From: an uncultured Candidatus Rokubacteria bacterium
Lineage (GTDB): Bacteria > Methylomirabilota > Methylomirabilia > Rokubacteriales > CSP1-6
Assembly: GCA_963758635.1 (NCBI GenBank)
Contig: CAVWWD010000003.1
Location: forward strand, 907,184 to 971,183
Direction of reading: 5' to 3'
DNA: 64,000 bases
Shown: piece by piece, positions 49,890 through 60,368 of the stretch
How positions within the stretch are numbered: position 1 is the first letter of the stretch
How the letters are laid out: each line of letters opens with the position of its first letter
Translations under genes and position numbers: made by a program
The notes under the pieces: model-generated
Told to the model about the DNA's origin: nothing
The model's input: the letters and a program-made list of their open reading frames with translations, nothing else
Databases searched by the model: none

Positions 49890-51451
49890 CGTGGACGGGC
49901 GCGTTCCGGGCGGGCCTGATCCTCCTCGCCGGCCTCGTCCTCCTGGGCGTGGCCGCGAGCCTCTCGATGCTCCTCGTCGAAACGCCCTGGTGGACGCTCG
50001 CCGTGGCCGGGGCCGGCGCCCTGCTCGCGGCGGCGGGGGGCTGGGGGCTCCGCGCCGATCTCCGGGAGTGGGGACGCGGCCGGCGGGGCGAGATCGCGCT
50101 CTACACCGCGGGGGCGATCGGCGTGCTCCTGGTGCTGGCCCACCTCTCCGTGCGGTACCCCGCCCGCTTCGACCTGACCGAGTCGCGACGCTACTCGCTG
50201 TCGGCGGCCACCGTCACGATGCTGGAGAAGCTCGACCGGCCCGTGCACGTCGTGTTCTTCCACGATCCGATGATGCGGGAGACGGTGGAGCTCTATGAGC
50301 TCATCGCGAAGCGCACGCCGCGCGTCACCGTGGAGTTCTACGATCCCGTGATCAATCCGGCCCAGGCCCGGATGATGGGCGTGCAGTTCGCGGGCAGCGC
50401 GGTGCTGGAGAGCGAGGGCCGCCGGCTCCAGGTGCACGGCCCGAGCGAGACCGACATCGCCAACGGCATCCTCCGTGTCTCGCGCAGCGCCACACAGCGT
50501 GTCTGCTTCCTCGACGGCCACGGCGAGCCCGATCCGTTCAGCCTCGAGTCGCACGATCACCTCGAGGGCGCGGTCGGACACAGCCACGGGCTGGGGGTGA
50601 ACTACGTGCTGCACGAGCGGCACGGGATGGCCAAGGCGCGCCACGCCCTCGAGACGCTCAACTACCGGGTGGAGAAGGTCTCGCTGCTGCAGGGCGGCGA
50701 CGGGCTGGCCGGCTGCGGCGTCCTCGTGGTGGCGGGGCCGAAGACCGCGCTGCTCGCCGTGGAGGTCACCGCGGTCCGCGCCTACCTGGCCGCGGGCGGG
50801 AACGCGTTCCTGATGCTCGACCCGTTCCTCGTGAGCGGCCTCGAGCCCATCGCCCGCGAGTACGGGATCGTCGTCGACGACGACCTCGTGATCGACGAGG
50901 CGAGCCACTTCTGGGCCGATGCGTCGTCGCCCGCGGTGACGGACTACAACCGGCATCAGGTCACCCGCGAGCTTCCGCTGACGTTCTTCCCCGGCGTGCG
51001 TTCCCTGTCGCCCACCCGGGAGCGCGTGCCCGGCACCGCGGTGCTGCCCCTCGTGAACTCCTCCAAGCGGAGCTGGGGGCAGAAGAATCGCGAGCGCGTC
51101 GAGTTCACCCCGGGCCGCGACGAGCTGGGCCCGCAGACGCTGATGGTCCTGGCCTTGAGCGGCGGCGGGGAGGGCGGGGCGACCCGGCGCTCGCGCCTGG
51201 CCGTGGTGGGGGATTCGGACTTCGCGACGAACTCGTTCTTCCACGTCATGGGCAACGGCACGCTGTTCGTGAACACGATCAACTACCTCGCGGCCCAGGA
51301 GAGCCTCATCGGCATCCCGCCGCGCACGCACGACCTCCCGCGCGTGAACCTCACGAATCGCCAGATGAAGGGCACCTTCCTGCTGTCCGTGGTCCTCGTG
51401 CCCGCCGTCCTCGCCATCGTCGGGACCGCGGTCTGGTGGAAGCAGCGGTGA
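49877..51451 (+). CDS. GldG-like ABC auxiliary protein (second copy)
   Basis: GTG 49877 within ORF 49175..51451; paralogous to 23427..25067 (RFDLTESRRYSLSAAT... vs WDFTENRRHSLSPQT...). Confidence 0.6.
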   Translation: MAALTWTGAFRAGLILLAGLVLLGVAASLSMLLVETPWWTLAVAGAGALLAAAGGWGLRADLREWGRGRRGEIALYTAGAIGVLLVLAHLSVRYPARFDLTESRRYSLSAATVTMLEKLDRPVHVVFFHDPMMRETVELYELIAKRTPRVTVEFYDPVINPAQARMMGVQFAGSAVLESEGRRLQVHGPSETDIANGILRVSRSATQRVCFLDGHGEPDPFSLESHDHLEGAVGHSHGLGVNYVLHERHGMAKARHALETLNYRVEKVSLLQGGDGLAGCGVLVVAGPKTALLAVEVTAVRAYLAAGGNAFLMLDPFLVSGLEPIAREYGIVVDDDLVIDEASHFWADASSPAVTDYNRHQVTRELPLTFFPGVRSLSPTRERVPGTAVLPLVNSSKRSWGQKNRERVEFTPGRDELGPQTLMVLALSGGGEGGATRRSRLAVVGDSDFATNSFFHVMGNGTLFVNTINYLAAQESLIGIPPRTHDLPRVNLTNRQMKGTFLLSVVLVPAVLAIVGTAVWWKQR

Positions 51452-52068
51452 CGGGGACGCCGCGCCCCTCGGTGGACGCCCCGCCGCGGCGCCGGCGCGT
51501 GCTCGTCGTCTGGTCGATCCTCGCCGTGCTGGCCGGAGCCGCGGGGGTGATCGAGCTGCGGGACGTGATGGCCTCGCGCGCGGGGCGCGGCCCGACCATC
51601 GATGCCCGCCTCCTCGTCCCGGCGCCCGCGGCGGAGCTCGGCGCGCTCGAGATCGCCGCGGCGGGCACGCTCCACCGGTTCGAGCGCGACGAGGCCGGCG
51701 CGTGGTTCTCCCACGGCGTCCACACCGGCTCCGAGGGCGCTCACGCCCACGCCGCCGACGCCGGGACGGCGGCCCGGATCGAGCAGGTGGTGCAGGCGTT
51801 CGCGCGCACGCGCGTGGAACGACGGCTGCCTCCGGGCACCGACGCGCGCGCGCTGGGCCTGGCGAGCCCGCGCGTCCTCGTCCTGGTCTATCGCCGGGGC
51901 GAGCGGCAGCCGCTCGCGCAGTACGCGGTCGGCGACCTCGCGGCCGACACGCTCAGCCGCTACGTCGACGTGGTCGGAGGCGCGGGGATCGTCACGATTC
52001 CCGGCTACCAGATCGACAACCTCATGACCCTCCTGGACGCCGCCCGGAGCGCTCCTGGCTCGCGATGA
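51448..52068 (+). CDS. short DUF4340-like protein (second cluster)
   Basis: ORF 51436..52068; N-terminal TM anchor; position equivalent to DUF4340 of cluster 1. Confidence 0.4.
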   Translation: MTGTPRPSVDAPPRRRRVLVVWSILAVLAGAAGVIELRDVMASRAGRGPTIDARLLVPAPAAELGALEIAAAGTLHRFERDEAGAWFSHGVHTGSEGAHAHAADAGTAARIEQVVQAFARTRVERRLPPGTDARALGLASPRVLVLVYRRGERQPLAQYAVGDLAADTLSRYVDVVGGAGIVTIPGYQIDNLMTLLDAARSAPGSR

Positions 52069-52111
52069 CCTGGCGCCAGAGGCGGTGCGCGAGCCTCGGG
52101 GTCTTCTGCCG

Positions 52112-53161
52112 ATGACCTGGCGCCAGAGGCGGTGCGCGGCCCTCGTCGTCCTGGCCGTGGCCGGCGGCGTGGCGCCGGCGCTCGCCCACGTGGGCGGCAG
52201 CACCGGCCACGCCGCGTTCGCCATCGACGGCGCCACGATTCGCTACACCCTCACGCTGTGGCCCGCCACCTTGCCGGCCCCGATCGCCGCCGACCTCCGG
52301 CGCGTCGTCCCGGGGGAGGCCCCGCCGGGGATCCTCGCCGCGTTGCCCGAGAAGGTGATTCTCGTCGCCGGGGGTGGGCGGTGCGGCGCGGGGACGGCGG
52401 CGGTGGAGAGCGGAGCGGGGGAGAGCGTGATCGTGCGGGTGGCCTTCACGTGCCCCGGCCCGGTGCGCGATCTCCTGGTCCGTGACGACCTGTTCGACGT
52501 CCTCGGCGCGGACCATCACACGCTGGCCCGGATCGACGCTCACGGCCGCACCTGGCAGTTCGTGTTCTCGCCCGAGGCGCGCGAGGCGCGCGTGAGCGTC
52601 GACGCGGCCGGGTTCCGCGGCGTGGTGGGCTTCGTCGGCCTGGGCGTCGAGCACATCTTGACGGGGTACGATCACCTGCTGTTCCTGCTCTGCTTGCTGC
52701 TTCCCGGCGGGGGCATCGTGGCGCTGGCCAAGATCATCACCGCCTTCACCGTCGCCCATAGCGTCACGCTCTCGCTCGCCGTGCTCGACGTGGTGACGCT
52801 GCCCGAGCGGCTCATCGAGGCGGTGATCGCGCTGTCGATCGCCGCCGTGGCGGCCGAGAACCTCTTCCGCCGAGCCACCGTCACGCGGCGGTGGATCGTC
52901 AGCTTCGGCTTCGGGCTCGTCCACGGGTTCGGCTTTTCCTCGGCGCTCCGGGAGCTGGGTCTGCCCGCCCAGGGCTTGCTCCTGTCGCTCTTCGGGTTCA
53001 ACGCCGGCGTCGAGCTGGGGCAGGCGCTCGTGGTCGCCGTCGCCCTGCCTGCCCTCGTGGCGCTGCGACGCACGAGCTACGAGCGGCGGGTCATCTGGAG
53101 CTCGTCGATGGCCATCCTGCTCGTCGGTCTCGCCCTCTTCGTCGAGCGCATGTTCCTCTGA
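52112..53161 (+). CDS. HupE/UreJ family membrane protein (Ni/Co transporter-like)
   Basis: ORF 52085..53161 from ATG 52112; GYDHLLFLL and HSVTL motifs; preceded by ATGA-coupled mini-ORF 52065..52115. Confidence 0.6.
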   Translation: MTWRQRRCAALVVLAVAGGVAPALAHVGGSTGHAAFAIDGATIRYTLTLWPATLPAPIAADLRRVVPGEAPPGILAALPEKVILVAGGGRCGAGTAAVESGAGESVIVRVAFTCPGPVRDLLVRDDLFDVLGADHHTLARIDAHGRTWQFVFSPEAREARVSVDAAGFRGVVGFVGLGVEHILTGYDHLLFLLCLLLPGGGIVALAKIITAFTVAHSVTLSLAVLDVVTLPERLIEAVIALSIAAVAAENLFRRATVTRRWIVSFGFGLVHGFGFSSALRELGLPAQGLLLSLFGFNAGVELGQALVVAVALPALVALRRTSYERRVIWSSSMAILLVGLALFVERMFL

Positions 53162-53234
53162 CGCGAACGCGCGCCGCCGCCCGGGCCACGCGCGGGCGGC
53201 CGGGCGCCGGAGGGCCGCGGAGCGGCGTGCTAGG

Positions 53235-54953
53235 ATGCAGCACGTGGAGACGTTCACCGCCGGGGAGCGCCGGGCGCTCGCGCCGTACGTCACCAACCTC
53301 GACGGCCCCGTCTTCGCCCTCGTCAACCTCCCGGAGGTCGTCAAGGGCGCCCTCTTCGCGCGCTACTCGCGCTCGGCCAAGTCCCTGCGCCGGCTCTTCC
53401 TCGACGAATTCCTCGGCGCGGGCGACCTTGAGGACGCGCCGATGCCCGTCGCCGACGTGGCGAGCATCGGCACCACGCGGGCCGACGCGCTCTACGCCCG
53501 CATGCTCAGCGAGTACGGCGACGACTCCGTCGCCCAGCTCGGGGGCGTCCACCTCGCGTGCGAGGGCGCGTCGAACCTCCTGACCAAGGTCCTCGAGTGG
53601 GGCCGCCTCATGGCCTACCTCGAGCAGTCCACCCGCTACGTGCCGTACACCGATCGGCCCGGCGGCGCGTGGAAGTATCACGTCCCCGCCGAGCTCGCCG
53701 GGCATCCTCTCCGCGCGCGCTTCGTGGAGACGCTCGACCGCGCCTTCGAGACCTACGCGCGGTGGATCGACCCGCTGCGCGAGCACTGGGGCAACCAGAT
53801 CGCGCGGGCCGCCGGCGAGTCCGACGCCGTCCGGCGCACGACGATCCGTGCCCGCGCGCTCGACAGCCTGCGCGGGCTGCTTCCCGCGGCCACGCGGTCG
53901 AACGTGGGCATCTTCGGGACGGCGCAGGCCTACGAGGCCCTGCTGCTCCGGATGCGCGGGCACGGCCTCGCCGAGGTGCGCGAGTACGCGGAGCTGATGA
54001 AGGCGGAGCTGGACAAGGTCGTCCCCGCGTTCCTCCAGCGCCTCGACCGGCCCGAGCGGGGCGGGACGTGGGCCGAGTACCTGCGGACCGCGCGCGAGGC
54101 CACGCAGGCGGTGGCCGACGAGCTGCTGGAGGATGTGGAGCCGGAGCCGCGCGCCGAGGTGACCCTGACCGACTTCGACCCCGACGGCGAGGTGAAGGTC
54201 GTCGCCGCCGCGCTCTACGCCGCGACCGCGCTGCCCGACGACCAGCTCCTGGCCATCGCCAGGAAGCTCGGCGAGGAGGAGCGCCACCGCGTGCTCGCGG
54301 CCTACGTCGGCGCCCGCGAGAACCGCCGGCACAAGCCCGGCCGCGCCTTCGAGCGCACGTCGTACCGCTTCGACGTGCTCGGCGACTACGGCGCCTTCCG
54401 GGACCTCCAGCGCCACCGGCTGCTCACGCTCGAGTGGCAGCGCCTGTCGCCACGCCACGGCTTCGCGGTGGGCGACGAGATCGCGGAGGTGGGGGCCGCC
54501 GCGGACTGGACGCGCGTGATGGACGAGACGGCGGCGCTCCACGACGCGCTCGCCGGGGCCGGCCTCGGCGTGGTGGCGCCGTACGCCGTGCCCATGGCCT
54601 ACCGCGTCCGCTTCTACATGGAGATGAACGCGCGCGAGGCCATGCACGTGATCGAGCTGCGCACGACGCCGCAGGGGCACCCCGCGTACCGGCGCATCTG
54701 CCAGGCCATGCACCGGCTGATCGCCGATCAGGCCGGCCACCGCGCGCTCGCCCGCGCCATGCGTCACGCCGACGTTCTCGGCCGGGGAGTCCGGCCGCCG
54801 CGACGCCGAGCGCGCGGCCGAGCGCCGCCGCCAGTCCGGCGCCTGACCGACCCCGACCGCGCCCGCCCACCGCGGACGCGTCTTCCTTCGGTCGTCCGCT
54901 CCGCCCCGGTCGCCCCGTCCGATTTTAATTGGTTGACTGACCAATCAAGATAA
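53235..54953 (+). CDS. long-form flavin-dependent thymidylate synthase (ThyX-like); tentative
   Basis: ORF 53235..54953; ...FRDLQRHRLLTLEWQRLS resembles the ThyX RHR motif; C-terminal ~60 aa low-complexity may be mis-framed. Confidence 0.35.
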   Translation: MQHVETFTAGERRALAPYVTNLDGPVFALVNLPEVVKGALFARYSRSAKSLRRLFLDEFLGAGDLEDAPMPVADVASIGTTRADALYARMLSEYGDDSVAQLGGVHLACEGASNLLTKVLEWGRLMAYLEQSTRYVPYTDRPGGAWKYHVPAELAGHPLRARFVETLDRAFETYARWIDPLREHWGNQIARAAGESDAVRRTTIRARALDSLRGLLPAATRSNVGIFGTAQAYEALLLRMRGHGLAEVREYAELMKAELDKVVPAFLQRLDRPERGGTWAEYLRTAREATQAVADELLEDVEPEPRAEVTLTDFDPDGEVKVVAAALYAATALPDDQLLAIARKLGEEERHRVLAAYVGARENRRHKPGRAFERTSYRFDVLGDYGAFRDLQRHRLLTLEWQRLSPRHGFAVGDEIAEVGAAADWTRVMDETAALHDALAGAGLGVVAPYAVPMAYRVRFYMEMNAREAMHVIELRTTPQGHPAYRRICQAMHRLIADQAGHRALARAMRHADVLGRGVRPPRRRARGRAPPPVRRLTDPDRARPPRTRLPSVVRSAPVAPSDFNWLTDQSR

Positions 54954-55071
54954 GCGAGCGTACGGGGGTGGCGACCGGAGTGCTTGGGCCACCGCCCCTC
55001 ACCCTACCCTCTCCCCGGAGGGGAGAGGGTCATGAGGAGCCGGCCTTCGGCCGGGCTGTGGTCGGGGCCGC

Positions 55072-55686
55072 ATGAGTCCGAAGCGAGGGGTGGCGCCGGC
55101 GCGCCGCGCGGCCATCGTGGCCGCGACCATCCGGTGCCTCGCGCGGGACGGCTACGCGGGCCTGACGATGAAACGCGTGGCCGCCGAGGCCGGGCTCAGC
55201 CAGGGCATCCTCCACTACTACTTCGCGGACAAGCGGGCCATCCTCGCCGCCGCCGCGCTGGCCGTCACCGACGACCTCGACCGCCGCGTGGCCGAGGCGG
55301 CGCGCGGCGCGCGAGGGGCCCGGGCCCGGCTTCGCGCCCTCGTCCGCGCGTGCCTGGTGGTGGCGGCGAAGGACCGCGACGCGTGGACAGTGTTCATCGA
55401 GTTCTGGGGCGAGACGCTCCACGATCCCGAGCTCGCCGCGCTGAACGCGCGGACCTACGCGCGGACGCGCCGCCTCATCGGGCGCCTCGTCGCCGCGGGC
55501 ATCGCCGAGGGGGTCTTCCGGCGCGCGCGCGTCGAGGAGGCCTCGGCGGTCGTCCTGGCCCTGCTGGACGGGATGTCGCTCCAGCTCACGTTCGACGCGG
55601 AGGTCATGACGGTGGCGCGGGCCGCCCGCATCACCGAGGAGGCGCTCTCCGCGTGCCTTGGACCTCGAGCATCACGAAGGATGTGA
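55072..55686 (+). CDS. TetR/AcrR family transcriptional regulator
   Basis: ORF 55072..55686; HTH TMKRVAAEAGLSQGILHYYFADK. Confidence 0.75.
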   Translation: MSPKRGVAPARRAAIVAATIRCLARDGYAGLTMKRVAAEAGLSQGILHYYFADKRAILAAAALAVTDDLDRRVAEAARGARGARARLRALVRACLVVAAKDRDAWTVFIEFWGETLHDPELAALNARTYARTRRLIGRLVAAGIAEGVFRRARVEEASAVVLALLDGMSLQLTFDAEVMTVARAARITEEALSACLGPRASRRM

Positions 55687-55721
55687 AGCCATTGCTTCAC
55701 CACTCTGACGAGGAGATCACG

Positions 55722-56303
55722 ATGACGCTCAGACCGGAGCAGATCAGGGCACGGCAGTACTTCGAGGAGAAGGGCAGCCGCCTGCCCGTGGCGGAGATCC
55801 GGACCCGGCTCGCCGCCGCCTTCCGGACTCTGGAGGATCTCCTCGCCACGGTCGACGAGGCGACGGCGCGCCGGCGAACGATCCCGGCCGCGTGGACCGT
55901 GCACGAGGTGGTGGACCATCTGGTCGAGACCCATCGCCCGAGCGTCGCCGAGCTGCGCGAGCTCCTCGCCGGGCGGCGCCCGTCCGGGGCGCCCATCCCC
56001 GCCGGGCTCCAGTCGCGCGCGCCGATGGAGCGGCGCTGGGCGGACCTCGTGGGCGAGCTCGGCGCCCTGCACGCGGAGACCCTGGCCGCGCTGGCCGGCG
56101 CCACCGACGCGACCCCCACCGCGGCGCGCGCGCCGATCGTCATGGTGGTCAACGTCCGGGAACCGGACGGACGGGAAGCGCCACTGCACTGGATCGAGGA
56201 GCTCGACTGGAAGGCGTACGCGGCGGTGGCGTTCCGACTGCACGTGCTGGACCACCTGAGCCAGGTGCGGAAGACCCTCGCCGCGGGGCGAAGCGCGGCA
56301 TGA
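55722..56303 (+). CDS. DinB/YfiT-like metal-dependent hydrolase family protein
   Basis: ATG 55722 after gaggag RBS within ORF 54984..56303; HEVVDHLVETH motif. Confidence 0.5.
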   Translation: MTLRPEQIRARQYFEEKGSRLPVAEIRTRLAAAFRTLEDLLATVDEATARRRTIPAAWTVHEVVDHLVETHRPSVAELRELLAGRRPSGAPIPAGLQSRAPMERRWADLVGELGALHAETLAALAGATDATPTAARAPIVMVVNVREPDGREAPLHWIEELDWKAYAAVAFRLHVLDHLSQVRKTLAAGRSAA

Positions 56304-56391
56304 GCGCTCCTCCCGCCGACCTGGTCGCGCTGCTGGACGGGCCACCACACCGTGACGTACTTCCGGCCGGACGCAGCGACCGCGGAGGCGG

Positions 56392-57933
56392 CTACCCCTC
56401 GATGAAGGCGTCCCACCAGCGGCGCTCCGGCTCGCCTGGCGCCTCGAGGATCTGCGGCTTCTCGCCGAGCTCGAGCGTGGCGCGCCGCGGCGGCGCGTAG
56501 GGCGGCCACTCGGGAAGCCCCGGGCTCACCGGGCGCCCGGAGCGCGCGAACGCCAGCCAGGCGTCCTGCATCTTCCCGGACAGCTCGCGGGCTGCCGCCG
56601 TGCGCCCGGCGATGGCCCCGACCTCCGACCGGTCGAGCGTGCCGAACACGAACGGCAGCTCGAGCGCGTGGACCGCGCCCTGCGGCTTGCCCGGCGTCGC
56701 CGCTCGCCACGCAAACTGGTACACGAACACCTCCGGCGTGTGGGCGGCGTGGAGCTCGGCCAGCTTGAGCGCTCCCGCGCGGAAGGTGTGGTCGGTGGAC
56801 ATGGCGAGCCACGTCTCCACCGGAGATGCGTCGTCTCCGCGCTCGGCCCGCGCCTGGCGATAGACCTCGGCCGCGCGCTCGGCGTGCGGCCGGCCGTCCG
56901 CGTCCGCGCCGGGGAAGAGCGCGCGGCAGCGCTCGACCAGCGCCGCGCCGTCCAGCGTCTCGAGGGACGGATCGAGGAAGCGGTAGAGCTTCATCTCCTC
57001 GAGGTTCGTGCCCACGATCAACGGCACGCCGCGGGCCGAGCCGGACCGGATCGCGTCGAACGGGCGCGCGGAAATGACGTCGCCGTCGACGACGGGCGAG
57101 AACGGCGGGATGACCATGCGTCCCGCGACCGCGTTCTGCGCCGCGACCAGGTCGGTGGCGGGCACGTCCCGGAGCCGGCCGGCCTGCTCGGCGGGAATCC
57201 CGAGGTGCTCGAGGATGCGCCGCGTCGTGGCGAGCGCCGTCTCCGGCGGCCGCGTCAGGTTCAGCGACCCGCTCTCGAGCACCGCCCTGTGGAAGAGGCC
57301 GCGCGCCCGGGGCATCGTGAGGAGGCAGGCGATGTTGACCGATCCCGCGGACTCGCCGAACACCGTGACGTTGCCGGGATCGCCCCCGAAGGCCGCGATC
57401 TCGTCCCGCACCCACGCGAGCGCGGCGAGCTGGTCCAGCATCGCCTCGTTGCCCGTGCAGTCGAGGCCGGCCCCGAGCTCCCGGCCGCGCAGGAAGCCGA
57501 ACGGCCCGAGCCGGTAGTTGATCGTCACGATCACGGCGTCGCCGCGCTCGGCGAGGCTCGCGCCGTCGTAGGTCGGCTCGGAGCCGGCGCCGATGATCCA
57601 GGCGCCCCCGTGGATCCACACCAGGACGGGACGCCGCCGCCCGTCGCCCGGCCCCGGCGTCCAGACGTTCAGGGTGAGGCAGTCCTCGCTCTGCTCGGGA
57701 ACGATGATGCCGAGGATCGGCGCCAGCGGCCGGTTGGCCTGGTACGAGCCCGGGCCGAATCGCGTCGCGTCGCGGACGCCCTCCCAGGACGCGGCGCGCT
57801 CGGGCGGGCGGAAGCGCAGCGGGCCCACCGGCGGCGCCGCGAATGGGATGCCGCGGAATGCGGCGATGCCGCCCTCCGCCGTGCCCCGGAGCTTGCCGTA
57901 GCTCGTCGATGCCACCGGGCTGGACGCGGCCAT
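56392..57933 (-). CDS. carboxylesterase type B (para-nitrobenzyl esterase-like)
   Basis: ORF 56392..57933, 513 aa; nucleophile elbow GESAGS. Confidence 0.8.
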   Translation of the reverse strand: MAASSPVASTSYGKLRGTAEGGIAAFRGIPFAAPPVGPLRFRPPERAASWEGVRDATRFGPGSYQANRPLAPILGIIVPEQSEDCLTLNVWTPGPGDGRRRPVLVWIHGGAWIIGAGSEPTYDGASLAERGDAVIVTINYRLGPFGFLRGRELGAGLDCTGNEAMLDQLAALAWVRDEIAAFGGDPGNVTVFGESAGSVNIACLLTMPRARGLFHRAVLESGSLNLTRPPETALATTRRILEHLGIPAEQAGRLRDVPATDLVAAQNAVAGRMVIPPFSPVVDGDVISARPFDAIRSGSARGVPLIVGTNLEEMKLYRFLDPSLETLDGAALVERCRALFPGADADGRPHAERAAEVYRQARAERGDDASPVETWLAMSTDHTFRAGALKLAELHAAHTPEVFVYQFAWRAATPGKPQGAVHALELPFVFGTLDRSEVGAIAGRTAAARELSGKMQDAWLAFARSGRPVSPGLPEWPPYAPPRRATLELGEKPQILEAPGEPERRWWDAFIEG

Positions 57934-57959
57934 GACGATCGTCGTCGGGCGCGTCGTGC

Positions 57960-58379
57960 TCAGGCGTGAGCGCCGTGACCGGCGGGCAGCTGGGCCAGCT
58001 CGATCAGGACGTTGCCCGTCGCGGCGGGGTCGATGAAGGCGATGCGCGAGCCTCCGTGGCCGATGCGCGGCGTCTCGTCGCGGAGCTTCACGCCCTTGGC
58101 CTTGAGCTCGGCGAGCGCGGCGTCGATGTCCTCCACCTCGAAGCAGATGTGGAAGAGCCCGGGTCCCTTCTCCTCGATCCAGCGCGTCACGCCGGACTCC
58201 GGACCCTGGCCCTCGAGCAGCTCGATGTAGGTCTCGCCCACCGGCAGCATGGCGAGGCGGGTCTGTCCGATCTGCTCCTCGTACTCGAGGGGCAGGCCGA
58301 AGGTGTCCCGCAAGAGGTCGATCGACTGGCGGAGCGAGTTGACGGCGATGGCGACGTGCTCGACGCGCTTGATCTTCAT
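57960..58379 (-). CDS. methylmalonyl-CoA epimerase / VOC family protein
   Basis: C-terminal 139 codons of ORF 57960..58439 from MKIKRVEHVAIAV; ATG at 58379. Confidence 0.6.
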   Translation of the reverse strand: MKIKRVEHVAIAVNSLRQSIDLLRDTFGLPLEYEEQIGQTRLAMLPVGETYIELLEGQGPESGVTRWIEEKGPGLFHICFEVEDIDAALAELKAKGVKLRDETPRIGHGGSRIAFIDPAATGNVLIELAQLPAGHGAHA

Positions 58380-58482
58380 GGAATCTCTCCGGCGCGCCCC
58401 CATGGCCTCGGGAGCGTCGGCCCGAGGCGATGCTGTCACGGCAGTCGGCGGAGGGTCAAGGCCGCTCCGACGACCCGCCGAG

Positions 58483-59223
58483 CTACCGGACGAGGATTCC
58501 CAGGGCGTCGCCGCGCAGCATCGCGACCAGGCTCGCGGCCACGGTGTGAATGTCCTCGGAGGGGACCACGCGCGGCCGCGAGGTGAGCTCGAACACGCCG
58601 GCGCGCGAGCGCACCGTGAAGCCCATGGTGCGGCCCGTGCTGCCCCGCGGCGGGCGGGTCACGCGGACGCGCGTGGCGTCGAGCCCCGGCCCCGCGAGCG
58701 CGGCGGCTACCGCCACGTTGACGCCCTCGGAAAAGCGGAGCGCGACCTCGCGCGCCGTGCCCTCGAAGAGCAGCTCGCGCTCGGGCTGATCGCCGGGCCC
58801 GAGGTCCACGAAGACCGCAAGATCCTCGAGGCCGCCGGCCATCGCGGCGGCGATGCCGTCGAACCCCGCGAAGGCGCCCGGCGCAATGCGGAGCGCGTGG
58901 CCGGTCGCCGCCGAGACGCGGCGCACCTCGCGCTCGAGCGCGGCGTCGCCCAGGGGAATGGGGCTCACCGCCCAGACCTCCGCGCGCTCGAGCGCGGCCG
59001 GCACGAGGGCGCGAAACGCCGCGGGTCCCGCGGCCTCGACGATCAGGTCGTGCCGCGCGGCGAGGAAGGCGGCGGGATCGGCGCCCACGGGGAACCCGTC
59101 GAGGTCGCGCGTCGATCGTGCCAGCACCGCGGTCAGTACGTGTGGTCCTGCGGCGCCCGCGCGGAGAGCCCGGGCCACGGGACGGCCGATCGCCCCGCAC
59201 CCGATCACGCCGACGGCGCTCAC
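58483..59223 (-). CDS. aspartate dehydrogenase family protein
   Basis: ORF 58483..59223; N-terminal GVIGCGAIG Rossmann motif; Asp-DH family. Confidence 0.6.
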   Translation of the reverse strand: MSAVGVIGCGAIGRPVARALRAGAAGPHVLTAVLARSTRDLDGFPVGADPAAFLAARHDLIVEAAGPAAFRALVPAALERAEVWAVSPIPLGDAALEREVRRVSAATGHALRIAPGAFAGFDGIAAAMAGGLEDLAVFVDLGPGDQPERELLFEGTAREVALRFSEGVNVAVAAALAGPGLDATRVRVTRPPRGSTGRTMGFTVRSRAGVFELTSRPRVVPSEDIHTVAASLVAMLRGDALGILVR

Positions 59224-59336
59224 CGATCCGGCCGCTCAGAGGTTGGGAAGCAATGCGGATTTCGACTTCGCCATGCGGGCCAACACCGCGATTCCGCGTA
59301 CACACGCGGCGCCCCGTCACCACTCATCACAAGCTC

Positions 59337-59969
59337 TCAGCCGAGCATCGCCAGCGTCTGATCCAGCGTGCGGATGCGCGCGTACATCTTCATCGACGTG
59401 TCGAGGCTGTAGGCGTGGGCGGCGGCGTCGCCGCCCCAGCAGCACTCGCGCACCACCACGGTGTCGAGGTCCATGCTGAAGGCCTCGCGCACGCTCGTCT
59501 CCACGCCGCGGTTCGTCGCGCCTCCGCCGATGACGAGCGCGGTCCGGCGCAGCAGCCGTAGTATCTCGGCGACGCCGGTGCCGTAGAACGCGCTCGGCCG
59601 CCGCTTGAGGAAGACGTAGTCCTCGGGCCGAGGGGCGATCTCGTCGGGGAAGCCCGCCTCCGGCGTGCCCTCGACGCAGTTGGTGAGCGACGGCACGCCG
59701 GTCGCGACGCTCAGGTCGGTGGGCAGGAGCACCACGTCGGCGCCGTCCGCCCGGCTGACCGGCGTGGTGTAGACGATCGGCATCCCGCGGGCCCGGCAGG
59801 CGCCGATCAGGCTCACCCAGGCGTCCAGCACCGGGCGCATCGCCGCGCGGCGCGCGGGATCCGACGGGGTGAGGGCGCGGCGGCACGCGTCGTAGACGAT
59901 GAGCGCGGCGCGAGCGGTGTCGATGCGGTCGGCGGCGGCGGGGCGGCTCATGGGCCGATTGTACGGCAC
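59337..59969 (-). CDS. isochorismatase-family cysteine hydrolase
   Basis: ORF 59337..59969; LIVYDAC...; VVRECC catalytic Cys context. Confidence 0.65.
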   Translation of the reverse strand: MPYNRPMSRPAAADRIDTARAALIVYDACRRALTPSDPARRAAMRPVLDAWVSLIGACRARGMPIVYTTPVSRADGADVVLLPTDLSVATGVPSLTNCVEGTPEAGFPDEIAPRPEDYVFLKRRPSAFYGTGVAEILRLLRRTALVIGGGATNRGVETSVREAFSMDLDTVVVRECCWGGDAAAHAYSLDTSMKMYARIRTLDQTLAMLG

Positions 59970-60096
59970 CGGGCCGGGTGATCGGCGCCTTGACCGGTCG
60001 GTCTCGAGCGCGGCAGTATCTCCACCATGGCCGGCGCCGTCGGATCGCGCGCCGCCATCGCTCAGCCGTCAACGTCGCCCACACCAAGGAGCTTGA

Positions 60097-60295
60097 GCAT
60101 GGAGAGGAAGCGCGTGTTCGGGACGGGGGAGAGCTGCTCGTCCACCAGCTCGTGGCGCAGGGGGTCAATTACGCGTTCACCAACACGGGGAGCGCCGAGG
60201 CCGGCTTCTTCAACGGTCTCCTCACCGTCCCCGGCGTGCAGCCGATCCTCCTCCTCGCCGAGTCGCTGGTGCTGTCCGCCTCGGACGGCCAATGA
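60097..60295 (+). pseudogene. N-terminal remnant of a thiamine-diphosphate-dependent enzyme (~65 codons, frameshifted, truncated)
   Basis: MERKRVFGTG... joins GELLVHQLVAQGVNYAFTNTGSAEAGFFNGL (TPP_enzyme_N-like) after a shift in a G-run near 60130; stop at 60295. Confidence 0.3.
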
Positions 60296-60368
60296 ACGTT
60301 GACCCTGAACAGCCCGTTTGTCCGCTGAGCCCGTTCAGCCCTGGGCTCGGATAGGCCGCGCCCCGATC

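Noticed and set aside
53235-54953. Confident ThyX assignment
   Set aside because: Only a loose RHR-type motif and length resemblance to long-form ThyX. Kept as a tentative call rather than a finding.
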